Below are positions 20,103-31,561 of a stretch of DNA of 39,132 nt, piece by piece (the first letter of the stretch is position 1; each line of letters begins with the position of its first letter). Below the pieces are notes generated by a model. That model was not told the DNA's origin. It saw only the letters and a list, made by a program, of their open reading frames with translations, and did no database searches. The DNA is from Savitreella phatthalungensis (taxonomy: Eukaryota), in contig AP039705.1 of the NCBI GenBank assembly GCA_051599415.1, forward strand, positions 248,001-287,132, written 5' to 3'. The translations under genes and the position numbers were made by a program.

Positions 20103-23100
20103 CTATGACCATGTCGACTTCCACTTCTCGTTGAACCTGGCACGGATGAGCTGTATCGTGCGATACACGCGCTTGGTGTCCCTTAGAACAAAACTCGTCT
20201 GAGAACCCGTTGTTGCGGTTCCATATGCTGAGTCAGAATCGCTGTCCTCAGATCCATCAAGCTCGAGCCAGTCGTCTTGCAAACTGACATTGGAGCTTGT
20301 AGGATTCATGATGCCTGCCTTTGTGGACGTCGAGGTGACAACATCCGCCTCTTCCTCGTCAAAGGCAGACATTTCCGTATCCGCGTCAGCCATGATATCG
20401 AACTCACCCATATCTGCGAGTCCAAGAATGTTGGCCATGGACTCCTCGAGCGACGCGAGCACGAGACTGAAATTCTGCAAAAGAAACCACGACTCTGCCC
20501 GGGGAATGCCGTCCACATCGATGATGCTCTGCAGGGCTTGCTGTCCTGCGACGTTGGCTTCTGCAGCGCAATAGAAGTCGTAGATATAGGCGTTCGTCAG
20601 CTTTCGCGTGTTTGGGACATGCATGCGCAGGGATAGATCCTCCAGTAGAATGTCACCGCGAGCATTGCGAAGGAACGGCCTGATTGACGATGGTACCGCA
20701 GTAGAAGATGAGTCGAATGCAGATAGGACATCGTCACGCGACGAATATTCACCTTTCTTGTCGCCACCGAAAGCGCGACGAGATATGGGCAACTTTTCCA
20801 GCGTAGGGGGACCTGTGTGCCTTATTTGGTTGGCAAAGACATCGCAAATTCGCCTCTCGTGACTGTCGAGCACCTCCTGGGCGAGATGATGGGCTGATGT
20901 GATGGGAGGCAGGACAATAGTGTTTGCGACTCGAGGATACATTTCACGTGTCCATGCAAGGACGTCCGGCCGCACGGAGATGCGGCAAAAGAGATGCGCC
21001 AGCAGTAAGACGATCTTACGGCATATCTCGCCGCGCTTCGCTGTATTTGCAAAGTCGCGACAGATGTCGTGGAGGACGCCGGCTCGCATCAGGGCTGCAA
21101 AAGCGAGATTGCTCGGTTCCTCATAGTATAGGTGCGAAACCGGGGCTGCTAATCTAAGCGGCTCACCATTTGCCCCCAAGAGATTCTCTCTGCGCAGATA
21201 GTCCAAGAGAAAGCGAAGCTGGAGCTTGATCTGATGGTCATCAGCTTGCACCTCCCCCATTGCGTTGACCAGATCCTCGGCCCTGGCAAAGACAGATTCA
21301 ATAGCACGCCGCGCAAATGGAGCGCGACCACTTTGGCTGACCAGATTGCATAGTCGAAGGACGACTGTGGCACTGATGGGAAAGCGGCCCGATATTTTCG
21401 GAATGCGAGAGACGAGCAATCGGTCAATCTTGTCGGTTGGTACACCGAGGAAACCAACATGACCGAGAACATCGTAGCCACGTCGACCGGCACGACCAGC
21501 AGCCTGGCGGAAGTTGAGCGCGTTCAGTTCGACATTGTCGCCCACAAAAATTGATGATGTGGCCGGCATGTTGATACCAAGCGCAAGCGTGCCCGTGCAG
21601 ATGACGACTCGCAGATATTTGCCACGGAAGGCGAGTTCAACGAGCTGTCTGTATCTGCGGTTCAGGCCTGAGTGGTGAATGCCAATGCCACGGCGCAGAA
21701 GTCTTAGCATCCACAGCGGGCACGCGTTGCGCGATTCAAGCCGGCTGATCTCATCTTTCATGTCCTGGTCGCCATACGTGTTTTTCAGTCCAGCGAATGA
21801 GTAGTCTGGCAGTGGTGCGGTTGGGTCAAAAACATCCTGCCAGCCGAATTCCTCCTGCGTTTCCTCGCCAGCTAGTAATTTGTTCTCATCGTCTCGATCG
21901 CTCTTCTCATTGCCCTTCTTTTTCTTCAGTGCTCGCTCGCGCTCTTTATGCCTTTTGTCGGCATCGTTGACCCACTGCTCATAAGTCTTGATCTTGCGCT
22001 TCCAGGCAGGATCGGTTGCGCGGAAAGCCTCTTCGCGACTTTCAAGCACTTCGTACAAATGTTTCCCAAGGCTCTCAACCACGGAGCGACTGTAGTTGAA
22101 GCAAAGTGCTGGAAGTAAGTCGTTTTGGTCCAAATCCTCAAGCATTGGTAAAATCGCTTCTTGAAGTATTGGTCTTGCGTCCAGGCCCTTGTCAATTCTC
22201 TGCTGATTCAACGCGTCCCAGCGGTCGACCAGGGCACTAGCCTTTCCTCGGACGCCGTTGTCCAGGGAGCTCATAAGCCTCATGAATGCCGAGTCCGGAT
22301 TCCGCGATTGCGGATCCGCGAGCCACTCTCCGAGAAGTTCACGCAAACGGCGCTGATAGATCGCCACGTCCGCTCTGCGGATGAAGTGCGTGTCCTTGAA
22401 ATAGGAGTTCGGGTCAAGTTCTTCAGGGACTGCAAAGTTTGCGGTCTGGGTCTTCTTCATCTGGAAGAAGAGGTTGTAGCAATCTCTAGGCTCAAAACCG
22501 AGGTCATCAGGCATCTTGCGCGGCCCGAAGTGAAGAGCAGATGCAGGATGGACGTTGAAGATTCCGCCCTGTAGTTCATCCGAAATGCAGCGGCCCCCCA
22601 GGAATTCCTGCTCATTGGATATCGCGGGCAAGTAGACAAATTTGCGGAGGTCTGAATAGCGCTCCTTGTGATGAATCAGTGTCACTGGGGTCCTGTGCGC
22701 GGCCTGAGTGGCCTCAAGCCAGCGACGGAAATCCTCCGGATTGCCAACAGTAGCGGACAGCGCGATGATTGGGCACGGGGCAAGCAATAGAAGCTGTTCC
22801 CAGGTAGTACCCTCTTCTCCACCAATACAGTGGATTTCGTCAAAAACGATGCGGCGAATTCTGGGCGACCACCGCTGCGCCTGAATAGGCGACATCAGCA
22901 GCTTTTGAAGCACGGACGGCACTGTCACGAGCACTTGGCATCGCTCCGGATCGTGGATCTTGTAGTCGCCCGAGTGAATAGCCCATACGTTTTTTCCCCC
23001 TTGGGTCTTGTAATTCTTGGAGAAGCGCGCCTCGATCTCGGCGGCCATCTGGTTGACGAGTGCCTTCGTCGGAGCGATGAATACCAGAATACCATCGTCA

Positions 23101-25259
23101 TCAGCGCGCAGGATCTTTTCCATGGCATAGAATGAGATGAAGGTCTTGCCGGCCGAGGTCGGAGCGACGACGAAGACAGATTCGTCCCGGTCGATAACAT
23201 CGAGCACGTCACGTTGCCACTTATCTGCCTCAAATGTGGTCCGCGGATCGGGCTTGCTATCCATATTGCGCTCCATATTTTGACCGCAATGGAGCAGTTG
23301 AAATTCCGTTGACGTGAACGGCAGACGACACGCCTTTGAAGTGGGCAAGTCAAAGTCGAAGGAGATCTCCTTCGTTGGAAGATTCGACTTCTCGTGAACG
23401 CAATCGTCCAGGCCGAGTACAATAAGGACGGAATCAAGCGCCTCCTTCGCATTATGCGTCAAATACTTGCCCCTATAGAGCGTGTTGATGCATTCGAACA
23501 ACTGAACGACCACGCGCAGATTCTCCGGCTCCGTCTTCGTAGTCTTATCCTTGCAGATTTTACGCCAGACGGACAGTAGCAGCTGGACTCGATAGAGCTC
23601 CATCTCGAGCTGCACGTTCGGGTCTCGATTCGCCCTTGCAGCAGAGTTCAAGTATCTCTCGAGCTCAGATACCCGAACACGCAGGTCCTTGTAGCCGTCA
23701 ATCTCAGCCTTAGTGCTCGCCCATGCAGATGTCGACTTCGCAGCTTTCTTGCCAGCCTTGGCCTCGTTGTTGGCTGCAATGATCTGTTGTGCTTTGCTGA
23801 GCTTTGTTTTCTTCTCCTTCTTCTTGCTGTCTTTATCTTCGGGCGCAGGCGTAGCAGCGCGAGACGAAGCTGGACTCGGAATGGCAGATGGCGGCAAACT
23901 GATCGTGCCTGCTATGATGGGCATGCGCTCTAATCCGACACCGTTGGCTCCGGTGAGAGATTCTGCAGCCTTTTTTATGTGAAGCATCTGCAGGTCTTTA
24001 TTACGTTGAAAGCGCTTCTTGATCCATGCGTCCTCGCGCGCATTACCCGTCAAGACAGGCCCCTTCTCTTTCTCGAGCAGCTTCTTCTCCATGCCGATGG
24101 CGCTGTCGATCTTTGGTAGCAGGCCGAAGTCGATCTTATCGTTGGCTGCTCCACGTTTCGCTGTTGGCAAAGCCATACCTATGTGCTTATCCCATACAGG
24201 GTCGTCGAATGGCAACAGAGGCCCAGCAGCGCTTTCGGGCGCGTGCACTGCTTTGATCGCGCCCACGAGCGGAACATCCTGCGCACCCAATTGGCCAATC
24301 GCGCGCAGGATCTCCTCATTGCGGACACGGACGTCAGCCGGAAGATCGACGGCCGGATTCAATGCGAGATACGCGAATAAGCGGCCATCGAAGAGATCTG
24401 CGAGCTCTAGAGAGTCACTGAGCATGTCGCCCTCGATGATGAATAGCAGGCGAGCGCAGAATCGATCGAGGAAGACGGAGACAGCTTCGCTCGACCAAAA
24501 GTCAGTCGTCGATGGCGCATGGCGAGTTCGAAGATCCAGCGATTCGGTACACGCGAGCGACAAAGCCGCAGCGCGCACCAATGAAGCCGGTGCATCAAGC
24601 CCATGAAGGGCCGAGACAATCGCGGTTCGGCGCCCATCACCAGCAGAGATAACCGGCACGTCTTCAATACGTAGGCCAGAAATGTCGAGCGCTTCAGCGA
24701 CGGTGGCAAGGCCATGCCCGATCTTTGTAAACAGGAATAGCTTGTCGTCGATGAACTCAAGATCATCTAGCAAAATCACGGACATGCCGAGGCTCAATGC
24801 GTGTAGAATGAAGCTCCGACAGCGGGCTTGGCTATCACTCTCAGCTCCATCTGTAGTTGCCAGAAAGAGAGGCCTGTTGACATTGAGCCAGTCTGCACAA
24901 GCATCGGAATGAAGGGACTCAAATCGCAGGACTTGTAGATCCGTATTGACCTGGAGATGCTTCACAATGCAACAACGCGCAAGCCGAAGTTTTACATCGT
25001 TGCCGCAGGAAGTCACTTGTCGGTCGTTGAAGAAGGCGATAGCGTAGTTCATCGCACGCAAATCGTGCAGCAGCGTCTCCACGAGATAGGTGACATGAAG
25101 GATCTGGAAACCGTCTTTAGCTAGTGAATCGTCTTGGAAGCATCGCTTGAGTACTGCATCTCCGTCAATGAGCACGAGCTCATCACCACAGATCGGTGCT
25201 GCGTCGCACCAATCGGTTCGCAGCGCACACCAGGCTACATCTTCATGAGACATGGGCAT
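20103..25259 (-). CDS. DDX60-like Ski2-family DExH RNA helicase
   Basis: Motifs WQRDVLD, VVAPTSAGKTFISFYAM, APTKALVNQ, FDEIH, LSATVGN, GIGIHHSGL, TGTLALGINMP and QAAGRAGRRGYD. The long N-terminal extension is typical of DDX60. First ATG at 25259; intronless. Confidence 0.9.
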   Translation of the reverse strand: MPMSHEDVAWCALRTDWCDAAPICGDELVLIDGDAVLKRCFQDDSLAKDGFQILHVTYLVETLLHDLRAMNYAIAFFNDRQVTSCGNDVKLRLARCCIVKHLQVNTDLQVLRFESLHSDACADWLNVNRPLFLATTDGAESDSQARCRSFILHALSLGMSVILLDDLEFIDDKLFLFTKIGHGLATVAEALDISGLRIEDVPVISAGDGRRTAIVSALHGLDAPASLVRAAALSLACTESLDLRTRHAPSTTDFWSSEAVSVFLDRFCARLLFIIEGDMLSDSLELADLFDGRLFAYLALNPAVDLPADVRVRNEEILRAIGQLGAQDVPLVGAIKAVHAPESAAGPLLPFDDPVWDKHIGMALPTAKRGAANDKIDFGLLPKIDSAIGMEKKLLEKEKGPVLTGNAREDAWIKKRFQRNKDLQMLHIKKAAESLTGANGVGLERMPIIAGTISLPPSAIPSPASSRAATPAPEDKDSKKKEKKTKLSKAQQIIAANNEAKAGKKAAKSTSAWASTKAEIDGYKDLRVRVSELERYLNSAARANRDPNVQLEMELYRVQLLLSVWRKICKDKTTKTEPENLRVVVQLFECINTLYRGKYLTHNAKEALDSVLIVLGLDDCVHEKSNLPTKEISFDFDLPTSKACRLPFTSTEFQLLHCGQNMERNMDSKPDPRTTFEADKWQRDVLDVIDRDESVFVVAPTSAGKTFISFYAMEKILRADDDGILVFIAPTKALVNQMAAEIEARFSKNYKTQGGKNVWAIHSGDYKIHDPERCQVLVTVPSVLQKLLMSPIQAQRWSPRIRRIVFDEIHCIGGEEGTTWEQLLLLAPCPIIALSATVGNPEDFRRWLEATQAAHRTPVTLIHHKERYSDLRKFVYLPAISNEQEFLGGRCISDELQGGIFNVHPASALHFGPRKMPDDLGFEPRDCYNLFFQMKKTQTANFAVPEELDPNSYFKDTHFIRRADVAIYQRRLRELLGEWLADPQSRNPDSAFMRLMSSLDNGVRGKASALVDRWDALNQQRIDKGLDARPILQEAILPMLEDLDQNDLLPALCFNYSRSVVESLGKHLYEVLESREEAFRATDPAWKRKIKTYEQWVNDADKRHKERERALKKKKGNEKSDRDDENKLLAGEETQEEFGWQDVFDPTAPLPDYSFAGLKNTYGDQDMKDEISRLESRNACPLWMLRLLRRGIGIHHSGLNRRYRQLVELAFRGKYLRVVICTGTLALGINMPATSSIFVGDNVELNALNFRQAAGRAGRRGYDVLGHVGFLGVPTDKIDRLLVSRIPKISGRFPISATVVLRLCNLVSQSGRAPFARRAIESVFARAEDLVNAMGEVQADDHQIKLQLRFLLDYLRRENLLGANGEPLRLAAPVSHLYYEEPSNLAFAALMRAGVLHDICRDFANTAKRGEICRKIVLLLAHLFCRISVRPDVLAWTREMYPRVANTIVLPPITSAHHLAQEVLDSHERRICDVFANQIRHTGPPTLEKLPISRRAFGGDKKGEYSSRDDVLSAFDSSSTAVPSSIRPFLRNARGDILLEDLSLRMHVPNTRKLTNAYIYDFYCAAEANVAGQQALQSIIDVDGIPRAESWFLLQNFSLVLASLEESMANILGLADMGEFDIMADADTEMSAFDEEEADVVTSTSTKAGIMNPTSSNVSLQDDWLELDGSEDSDSDSAYGTATTGSQTSFVLRDTKRVYRTIQLIRARFNEKWKSTWS

Positions 25260-25400
25260 GGTCTTGTGGTAAAAACTGCAACTGAACAATTTTCATAAGC
25301 TCGTTCGTAAGCGTCGTCATTTCAACACGTGTTCGTCTCTATCGCTATAAGATCGTGATTCTAGTCGACCTCTGTCTTTCACATAAACTGCCAAAGCTTT

Positions 25401-25940
25401 TCAAAAGGTTGACCAGGTCCAGTCCGTGGGCACGCTTGCAGCAGGTAGTCCGTGCTCGTCTGTCGTGCTGGCCTTGCGCCTGCCGCCAACGTCGCGTGCC
25501 ACTGTACTTGTTGCCACTTCAGGCAGGGCTCGCGGTTGTCGTGTGGCCGGGCGCATGAACAGCTCATAGTCTCGCCGGCAGGCGCCGCAAGCACGCACTG
25601 TTGTGGCAAAGCGGCCTCCCATGACAGTAAAGTCCGCATGTCCATCCAATGCAATTGTGTAATCCGAGCAGGCGCGACAGAAGAGCCTTCCACACTTGCG
25701 GCAATGATGACGTCGATCCAAAAGGGTGAAGGCTTTTGAACACGCGCTGCACGAGTCTCGAGAATCGTCTGACACCCAGTGCCCTCGAGTGGGTGGGCCA
25801 CCTCTGTCCGAGCTTGTATGGGTCGCGGAGACATGTGTTGTCTGCAGGTCACGCTGCGACGAATTGGTGCGAAGCGCAGCCGGTCGATAGCTTGGCTTGC
25901 GTCGAGCAGCAGGTAAATACTGTAGCGGCGCCTCGACCAT
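25401..25940 (-). CDS. Small FYVE zinc-finger protein
   Basis: FYVE PI3P-binding signature: WVSD, CSAC, RRHHCRKCG..FC..CS and RACGAC. Ends in WTWSTF. Confidence 0.88.
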   Translation of the reverse strand: MVEAPLQYLPAARRKPSYRPAALRTNSSQRDLQTTHVSATHTSSDRGGPPTRGHWVSDDSRDSCSACSKAFTLLDRRHHCRKCGRLFCRACSDYTIALDGHADFTVMGGRFATTVRACGACRRDYELFMRPATRQPRALPEVATSTVARDVGGRRKASTTDEHGLPAASVPTDWTWSTF

Positions 25941-26088
25941 TGACAGGGACGTAGAGTCGCGAGATTGACTGCGATCTACAGAACAGCACTAATCAATTGT
26001 CTCGTTCGATGTCTGTATTTCTTTCAGCTTGTCAAATATAAACTGCATACTTCATCAACGTACGTGACCAGACATCAATCAAGATATG

Positions 26089-28321
26089 CTAATAGCGAGC
26101 AGCACCGCGGCTATAGTCACCTGGTGGAGGACCAGCAGGAGGACTATAGCCTGTGGTCTCTGTCGAAAACGTGTTCGGATATTGCGACGTTGCATAGCTA
26201 TAGTTGTCCGGCGGATACGGCTGATAACTTTGTGAGACACTGCCGTCTGACTGAGCATACCCCGGGAAGCCCGTCCCTGATGATTGTGGGGGCGCATTTT
26301 GAGGATAGTTCTGATCTTGAGGATAGTCCTGAACTGGCTGGTAATTGGTGTGATACGGATCAGGCGATTGGTAAGGCGGTTGGCCAGGTGGTTGATAAGA
26401 CTGGCTTGGCCGAAACGCGCTGCCGTGGCTCGGAGCGTGCCCACCATAATCGTCTTGCTGATACCGTGTATTGGCCCCGATCGGCTGGATTGTTTGGGTG
26501 TAGCCAGCAGAGCCTGCAGACCCAGCACTCGCTGCGTAAGTTGGTCCCGTCGAGAAATCGCGACTGGCGCCTTGCGGCCTGTTAGGCAGATGTGAATGTG
26601 CCTTCGAGCCCCCCTCGTGATGCTCTCCGCGGCGGACACCTTCACGCGATAGGCCACGGAGAACTTGTCCTCTTTTGGGACCAAGCTCACCACACCAACG
26701 CTCGACGATTGACCGCATCTCACGCTGAATTGGGGTTCTTCCAGTAGGAAGCGCGGGATGGTGAAAGACTTCGAGAATTTCGTCGATCACCTGAAATGGA
26801 TTGATGCTTGTATCTGCCCATGCTGCTGTCACACGCTCCACAGTGTGACGCACAACTGCTTGAGCCACTAGGCCCGCCGGATTATTCAAGTAGCAAGAAA
26901 AGTGGTCCTTGGCTAGCATTGAATGAGTGGGATCGGACGAATGCGGGTTGTCAAAAACCTCATTCTGCGCGGCATTAGATGTGACCAATGCGGATCCGGT
27001 CTGCAGAGTGCCTGTAACTCTTTCCACGACCGGCTTCACGAAAGGCTGAATGGTGCTGAGCACGAATAGCGTGACTGTCTCTGTTATCTTGTCGATAAGC
27101 GTGTTCAGGCCTGGGATCTTGTCGAAGAGCGCGCTTAAACCCTTCGCGAATCGATCACGAAACGCCATCACGGGGTATATTTTGCGCACGATTGCATCCA
27201 CATCAGTCGTAGGGGCACCCTGGCCAAGTGCCTCGCGTGATCTCCAGCTGTCGGCCTCTTGTGCAACACTCTGCATGTCCTGCAGGTCACGTGTCAAGCC
27301 GGTCGAGGTCGGCAGGCTATTCACGAGTGTGAAGAGCGACTGCAGCAGTCCACCGGAGTTCTGCTGAGAGCTCGAGGCTAGATTATTGCTGACTTCATCG
27401 ATCTGAGTCTGTGAAAGCTTGTCCGTTGCCTCCCCGAGGAGCGAATGAACAAAGTCCAGGCCACCGAATGTGCCGGTTGTGAGCGGGAACACCCTGTGGT
27501 TGCCAAGCATGATCGTCGTAGCCTCGCCACAATGCGCAAAGACGTCCAGGCCCAGCTCGATCAACACAAGCTCGCAGTAGTTTGAATGAGCGCTGAAATC
27601 TTCCAGAGTATGCATCGCCTGGCCCAAAAGTCTCAAGGACTCGTACTTTGCAGGCTTTGAATCGGTTTGACGATACTCCCGGCCAAGCTCGATTGCACGC
27701 ACGAGAGAGTTGCGGACAAATGCGCTGGAGGTCATGTGGCCGGATTGCTCGTCGGCGATGTAGCGCTTCATGCCAGTCTGCGGGTCAACCTGCAGCTCGC
27801 GTGATGAGACAGGCCCGCGCAGCCTCGCATCAAACTTGCGAGCGTCTGGCTCCTCAGGATTTGGATAGCCTTTGGGATTGTCGATGTGCTCCTCTGGCCT
27901 ATAGACACCAAGGCGAGCCTGTGTGACCTCGAACTCTTCGGTGGCATAGCCGAAGTCCATGAATGCCATGACCCAGACAAGTAGAGCGATTGTTTTGGCA
28001 TCAAGACCTTTCGCTAAAGTGCCCACGTCGATGGCTTGCGACATGTCGCGCAGCCAATTGCCAAAGTAGACGCGCTTCACGGTCATCTCGTTGAATTTCT
28101 TACGCGTGAAGCTCGAGAGGAATCCAGAGGCAGGTGCCAATGCCATTGTGAGCAGAATGTCCTCGATGTCACCGTGGCGAAAAGCCACGCCTTCGAGGGC
28201 ACCATAAGATGGAATCTATAGATTAGCTTGTGTCGACTCGATAGGAGCTCGTGAAACCCACATTACCTGCACCAAAGGCCCATGTGCCCGTCACGAAGAG
28301 GAGAAGGAGGAGCATCGCCAT
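26089..28321 (-). CDS. het-c: Het-C domain protein with signal peptide (two exons)
   Basis: A 46-nt intron 28261-28216 (GTGGGT..CTAAT..TAG) joins MAMLLLLLFVTGTWAFGAGN to IPSYGALEG. Motifs RHGDIED, VYFGNWLRDMSQ, LGVYRPEEHIDNPKGY, HTLEDFSAHSNYCEL, TGTFGG.DF and DPTHSMLAKDHF. The tail is G/P/Y/Q-rich. Confidence 0.92.
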
Positions 28322-28744
28322 TTCGAGAGTCAGTCTGTGTCTCAGAGCAGTGCAATGACGCTGCTTATATGTAAGCTCAAGAGTCGATCTGGTGGACGAG
28401 GCTAGTCTCGATGAGGAAACATATCAAGTATAAATTCATCAGTATAGGATCGGATTGATCATTGATCAAATCAAAAGACCGTATATGTGTGTGAAGGACG
28501 TTTTTGCAGAGGTCGAGGCGCAGCCCTGGAACAACAAGCACTATAAACCTGTCGAAGCACTCGAAGCACTTAATAAACAGCATGCAAACTTCAAAGTTCA
28601 AATCGATATCAGCATGTAAAGATCATTAATGCTCTATTTTCCTGATATCAGCAAACTGCGCAACCGTCAAACCTAGGCTCTCCGTACATACTACGTGGCT
28701 AAGGAGACCATTTCAATCGCTGGCTTGACATACCGTGGATTACC

Positions 28745-29158
28745 ATGAGCTACAACGGCATCGGTCTCACCACGCCAAGAGGCAGCGGCACGAGCGGGCA
28801 TGTTCAGAGGAACGCGTCGAGTATCCGTCATAAGGAGGCTTTTGCTGCCGACATTCGCAAGACAGGCAGCCATAAGCTACACCGCTCTAAGGTACACGCT
28901 GCGGTCTCTGAGCATGAGAAGAAGCGCCTTCTACAAGCCAAGATTCTAGAAGTCAGGATCCGGATGGAGGGCCGCCGTGAGGATGAGATTGAGCTAGAAA
29001 TCACCCGGCTTAGACAAGGGGAGGACGGGTATTGTGGCAGTTCTGATCGCCGGAGTACTCAAGGTTCGCCGAGGAAGCGTTCACGGTCGCTGGACCGAGC
29101 ACTCGATCGTCAGCTTGACCAAGACTTTCACCGACCGCATGCCTCACGCGCGAAGTGA
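28745..29158 (+). CDS. CWC21: Pre-mRNA splicing factor Cwc21/Cwf21
   Basis: MSYNGIGLTTPRGSGTSGHVQRN N-terminus, an EHEKKR motif and a short RS-like tail. Confidence 0.9.
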   Translation: MSYNGIGLTTPRGSGTSGHVQRNASSIRHKEAFAADIRKTGSHKLHRSKVHAAVSEHEKKRLLQAKILEVRIRMEGRREDEIELEITRLRQGEDGYCGSSDRRSTQGSPRKRSRSLDRALDRQLDQDFHRPHASRAK

Positions 29159-29332
29159 ATGTAACTAAAGCAGCCTCTCCTGACTCTTGTGTCGAGGAGC
29201 AGGTAAGCGTGCAAGACATGCATACAGATCGACGAGCCACTGGCAAAACATCAGTGCGGAAATATGATGACGATGACGATGGGAAGTCTGCAAATCTTTC
29301 TCAGGTACTTCCTCGTTCCAGGCTGAAACACT

Positions 29333-30013
29333 CTACTTCTTGGCTAGCAGCATCTGCAAAACATCCCCAAGCCGCAAGCCGGGGAGCTCGTCCGCTCGAC
29401 CTTGATCTCGCATTTTCTTGATCTGCCAGAATAGCGTGCCGTCGAAGATACCGAGGATATCTTCGCGCGCACAAATGCCCGTACGACAGTCCCAGGTCAA
29501 CAGGACGACGATCCACCATTCGAAGATCGCAGCTGACCAACCGAAAGGATCCAGCAACAAGCGCTGTCCGCTAACCATTCTCCCGATATCGCCAAGCGTG
29601 AAGCCAGCCTTCGTCGATGCATAACGCTCGAACATGGATTCAAAAACCTCTGGACGGAAGTATCCGCGAGAATCATATGATCCGGTATCGCTTCCGTGTT
29701 TGCCCATGTTTATTGCGTCCAGGTAGATGCGGAACAGAGGATCTGGAACGAACGATCGTCTGAGCACCGTTGGGTAGCTGAAGCCCCCGTGAATGATGAA
29801 AATGGCCAAGAACGAAATAACAAAATTGAGGCCCAGGTCACGGAAGCCTCTGTATGTGTCAAGAGGCCAGATAATGCCATCCTTGTCGCGATCCCAAAAG
29901 GCACAGTGCTGCTGGAGCACAGTCTGCTGAACAGGTTGTTCGGCTAAGGTGCCAGATCGCAGTGCCGGCGTCGCTTGGAAGCGACTTGTCCCATCTGTCT
30001 TCGGTGCGACCAT
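29333..30013 (-). CDS. Caleosin / peroxygenase
   Basis: EF-hand region LQQHCAFWDRDKDGIIWPLDTY, a hydrophobic/proline-knot stretch, and motifs KHGSDTGSYD, DPFGWSAAIFEW and FDGTLF. Confidence 0.92.
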   Translation of the reverse strand: MVAPKTDGTSRFQATPALRSGTLAEQPVQQTVLQQHCAFWDRDKDGIIWPLDTYRGFRDLGLNFVISFLAIFIIHGGFSYPTVLRRSFVPDPLFRIYLDAINMGKHGSDTGSYDSRGYFRPEVFESMFERYASTKAGFTLGDIGRMVSGQRLLLDPFGWSAAIFEWWIVVLLTWDCRTGICAREDILGIFDGTLFWQIKKMRDQGRADELPGLRLGDVLQMLLAKK

Positions 30014-30679
30014 TCCAACGTGTGCTGGATGATCATCTGGATTTGGTCATTGTCGTACTAAATAGTCTGACTCAATTATCACATGTCAATCATACGTGTG
30101 ACGTAGCTGAATTGATTGCCGAAAATCTCACAGCTCTTCGGACGAGCACTCTCCCGATCGACTCAGATTTCACTATATACAGTCGGTCTGTGGCATGCTG
30201 GATTAATGATCAATGTGAAGCGCTCGCGTTACGAACAATTCTAAATCGCACGAGATCTATCGACAGGGCTGGCTCGAATGTCGTCCTACATATCACGAGG
30301 AGCTCTCGACAGCCAAAGATTCACGTGGCACATCTGATCGCATCAGACTAAAAGTCTTCGCAGGCGTAGTATAAGCAGGAACTGTATGCAGACTGACCAT
30401 GACAAAGCATAACGTGGCGTCAGTGCCCTCGACATAGCTTGGACGACACGACTGTCACTCTGAAAGATGAGCGTTGACATCGTCGCGATTCACAAGAATA
30501 CAGCGATGCTGGAATTTAGTGGAACCTTCAGGGCCTCGTAATCTTTCCTTGCTGCTCTCGCTTGCCGTCAACATCCTTGTATTGCTCTGTCTTCTTGGAG
30601 CCCCTATGTACTCAGCCCGCGTTGCACAGCCGCGAGGACTCACGCGCGACGGATGAGACACTGGGTTGGCTGGCTTGAC

Positions 30680-30935
30680 CAAACCTATCCAGATACTATA
30701 GCTGATACATGCCTTGACTCTGCTAACAAGCTGGGTTGCAGGCCCGGGCGTAGGCATCAGAAGACACAGCACGCCATATGTGGACGGCATGCGAGATGTC
30801 ACAGACTCCAACACCAGGACCTAGCACAGAAACGATCCATTAAACAGCTACAATATGGGGCTACAATCTTATCATAGAAAGTAACGAATGATCATGGAGG
30901 GGCGGCGTCGTGTGGAACAATAAACAAGCAGATCG
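30680..30935 (-). repeat. Subtelomeric repeat family, partial inverted copy
   Basis: Contains ccaacaccaggacctagcacag, the reverse complement of the tgtgctaggtcctggtgttgg core. Closely resembles 34034-34290. Confidence 0.7.
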
Positions 30936-31096
30936 GACAACGAAGGCGGTCGTGACAAGGCACAAGCGCTCACATGAGGCAAGGAAATCTCACTCATAAA
31001 TTCTGGACGCTTAATGTCTGCGTAGTCTAACCTTGTGCAATGGCTGTCCTTGCGATCAGGAGGATATCAAGCTTAGCCAGTGTCACGGCCGGTCGA

Positions 31097-31505
31097 TGGC
31101 CCAGGTCGATTGTATACAGTTTGTACACAACGCCGTCACTTCCGCAATCACTTGGTCTACGTATGACAAGATAGTAGCCCTGTATGGAGCTGTCAAATAG
31201 TATTGTTTTGTGCTAGGTCCTGGTGTTGGTGATATCTGGCACGCTGTCTCTGTATGGCGTGTCGCGTCCTCTTGTACTCCCCCTACCAACTTGCCACATC
31301 AGCAGAGTTGTGGTATGTATCAGATATAGCATGGTTGGTGTTGCCGCCTAGGCCGCGTCTCGTAATTCCTCCGTGTCTGTTTGTGCTTGTTTGTGTCTCT
31401 CTGTGTTCCTTGGTGGACTCCGTCTGTGTCCTCCTGTGTCGTCTCACTTGTGTCCGTGTTGCTTTGTCTGTCGCTCTCGGGTCCTGCGGCCGTCCTTCGC
31501 AACAG
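31097..31505 (+). repeat. Subtelomeric repeat family, full copy A
   Basis: Aligns nearly base-for-base by eye with 33434-33840. Confidence 0.85.
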
Positions 31506-31561
31506 CCAGAAATTCTTGCAGACATGACTATTTGCGTCCACTCTCTGTTGCAACCACTAGG

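Noticed and set aside
20103..25259. Telomere-linked RecQ (TLH/Y') helicase
   Set aside because: The motifs are Ski2/DDX60-type and the gene lies among core genes about 14 kb from the end.
26079..26723. Alternative-frame ORFs (214 aa -, 206 aa +) over the Het-C tail
   Set aside because: Shadows of a low-complexity coding region; no recognisable motifs and non-ATG starts.
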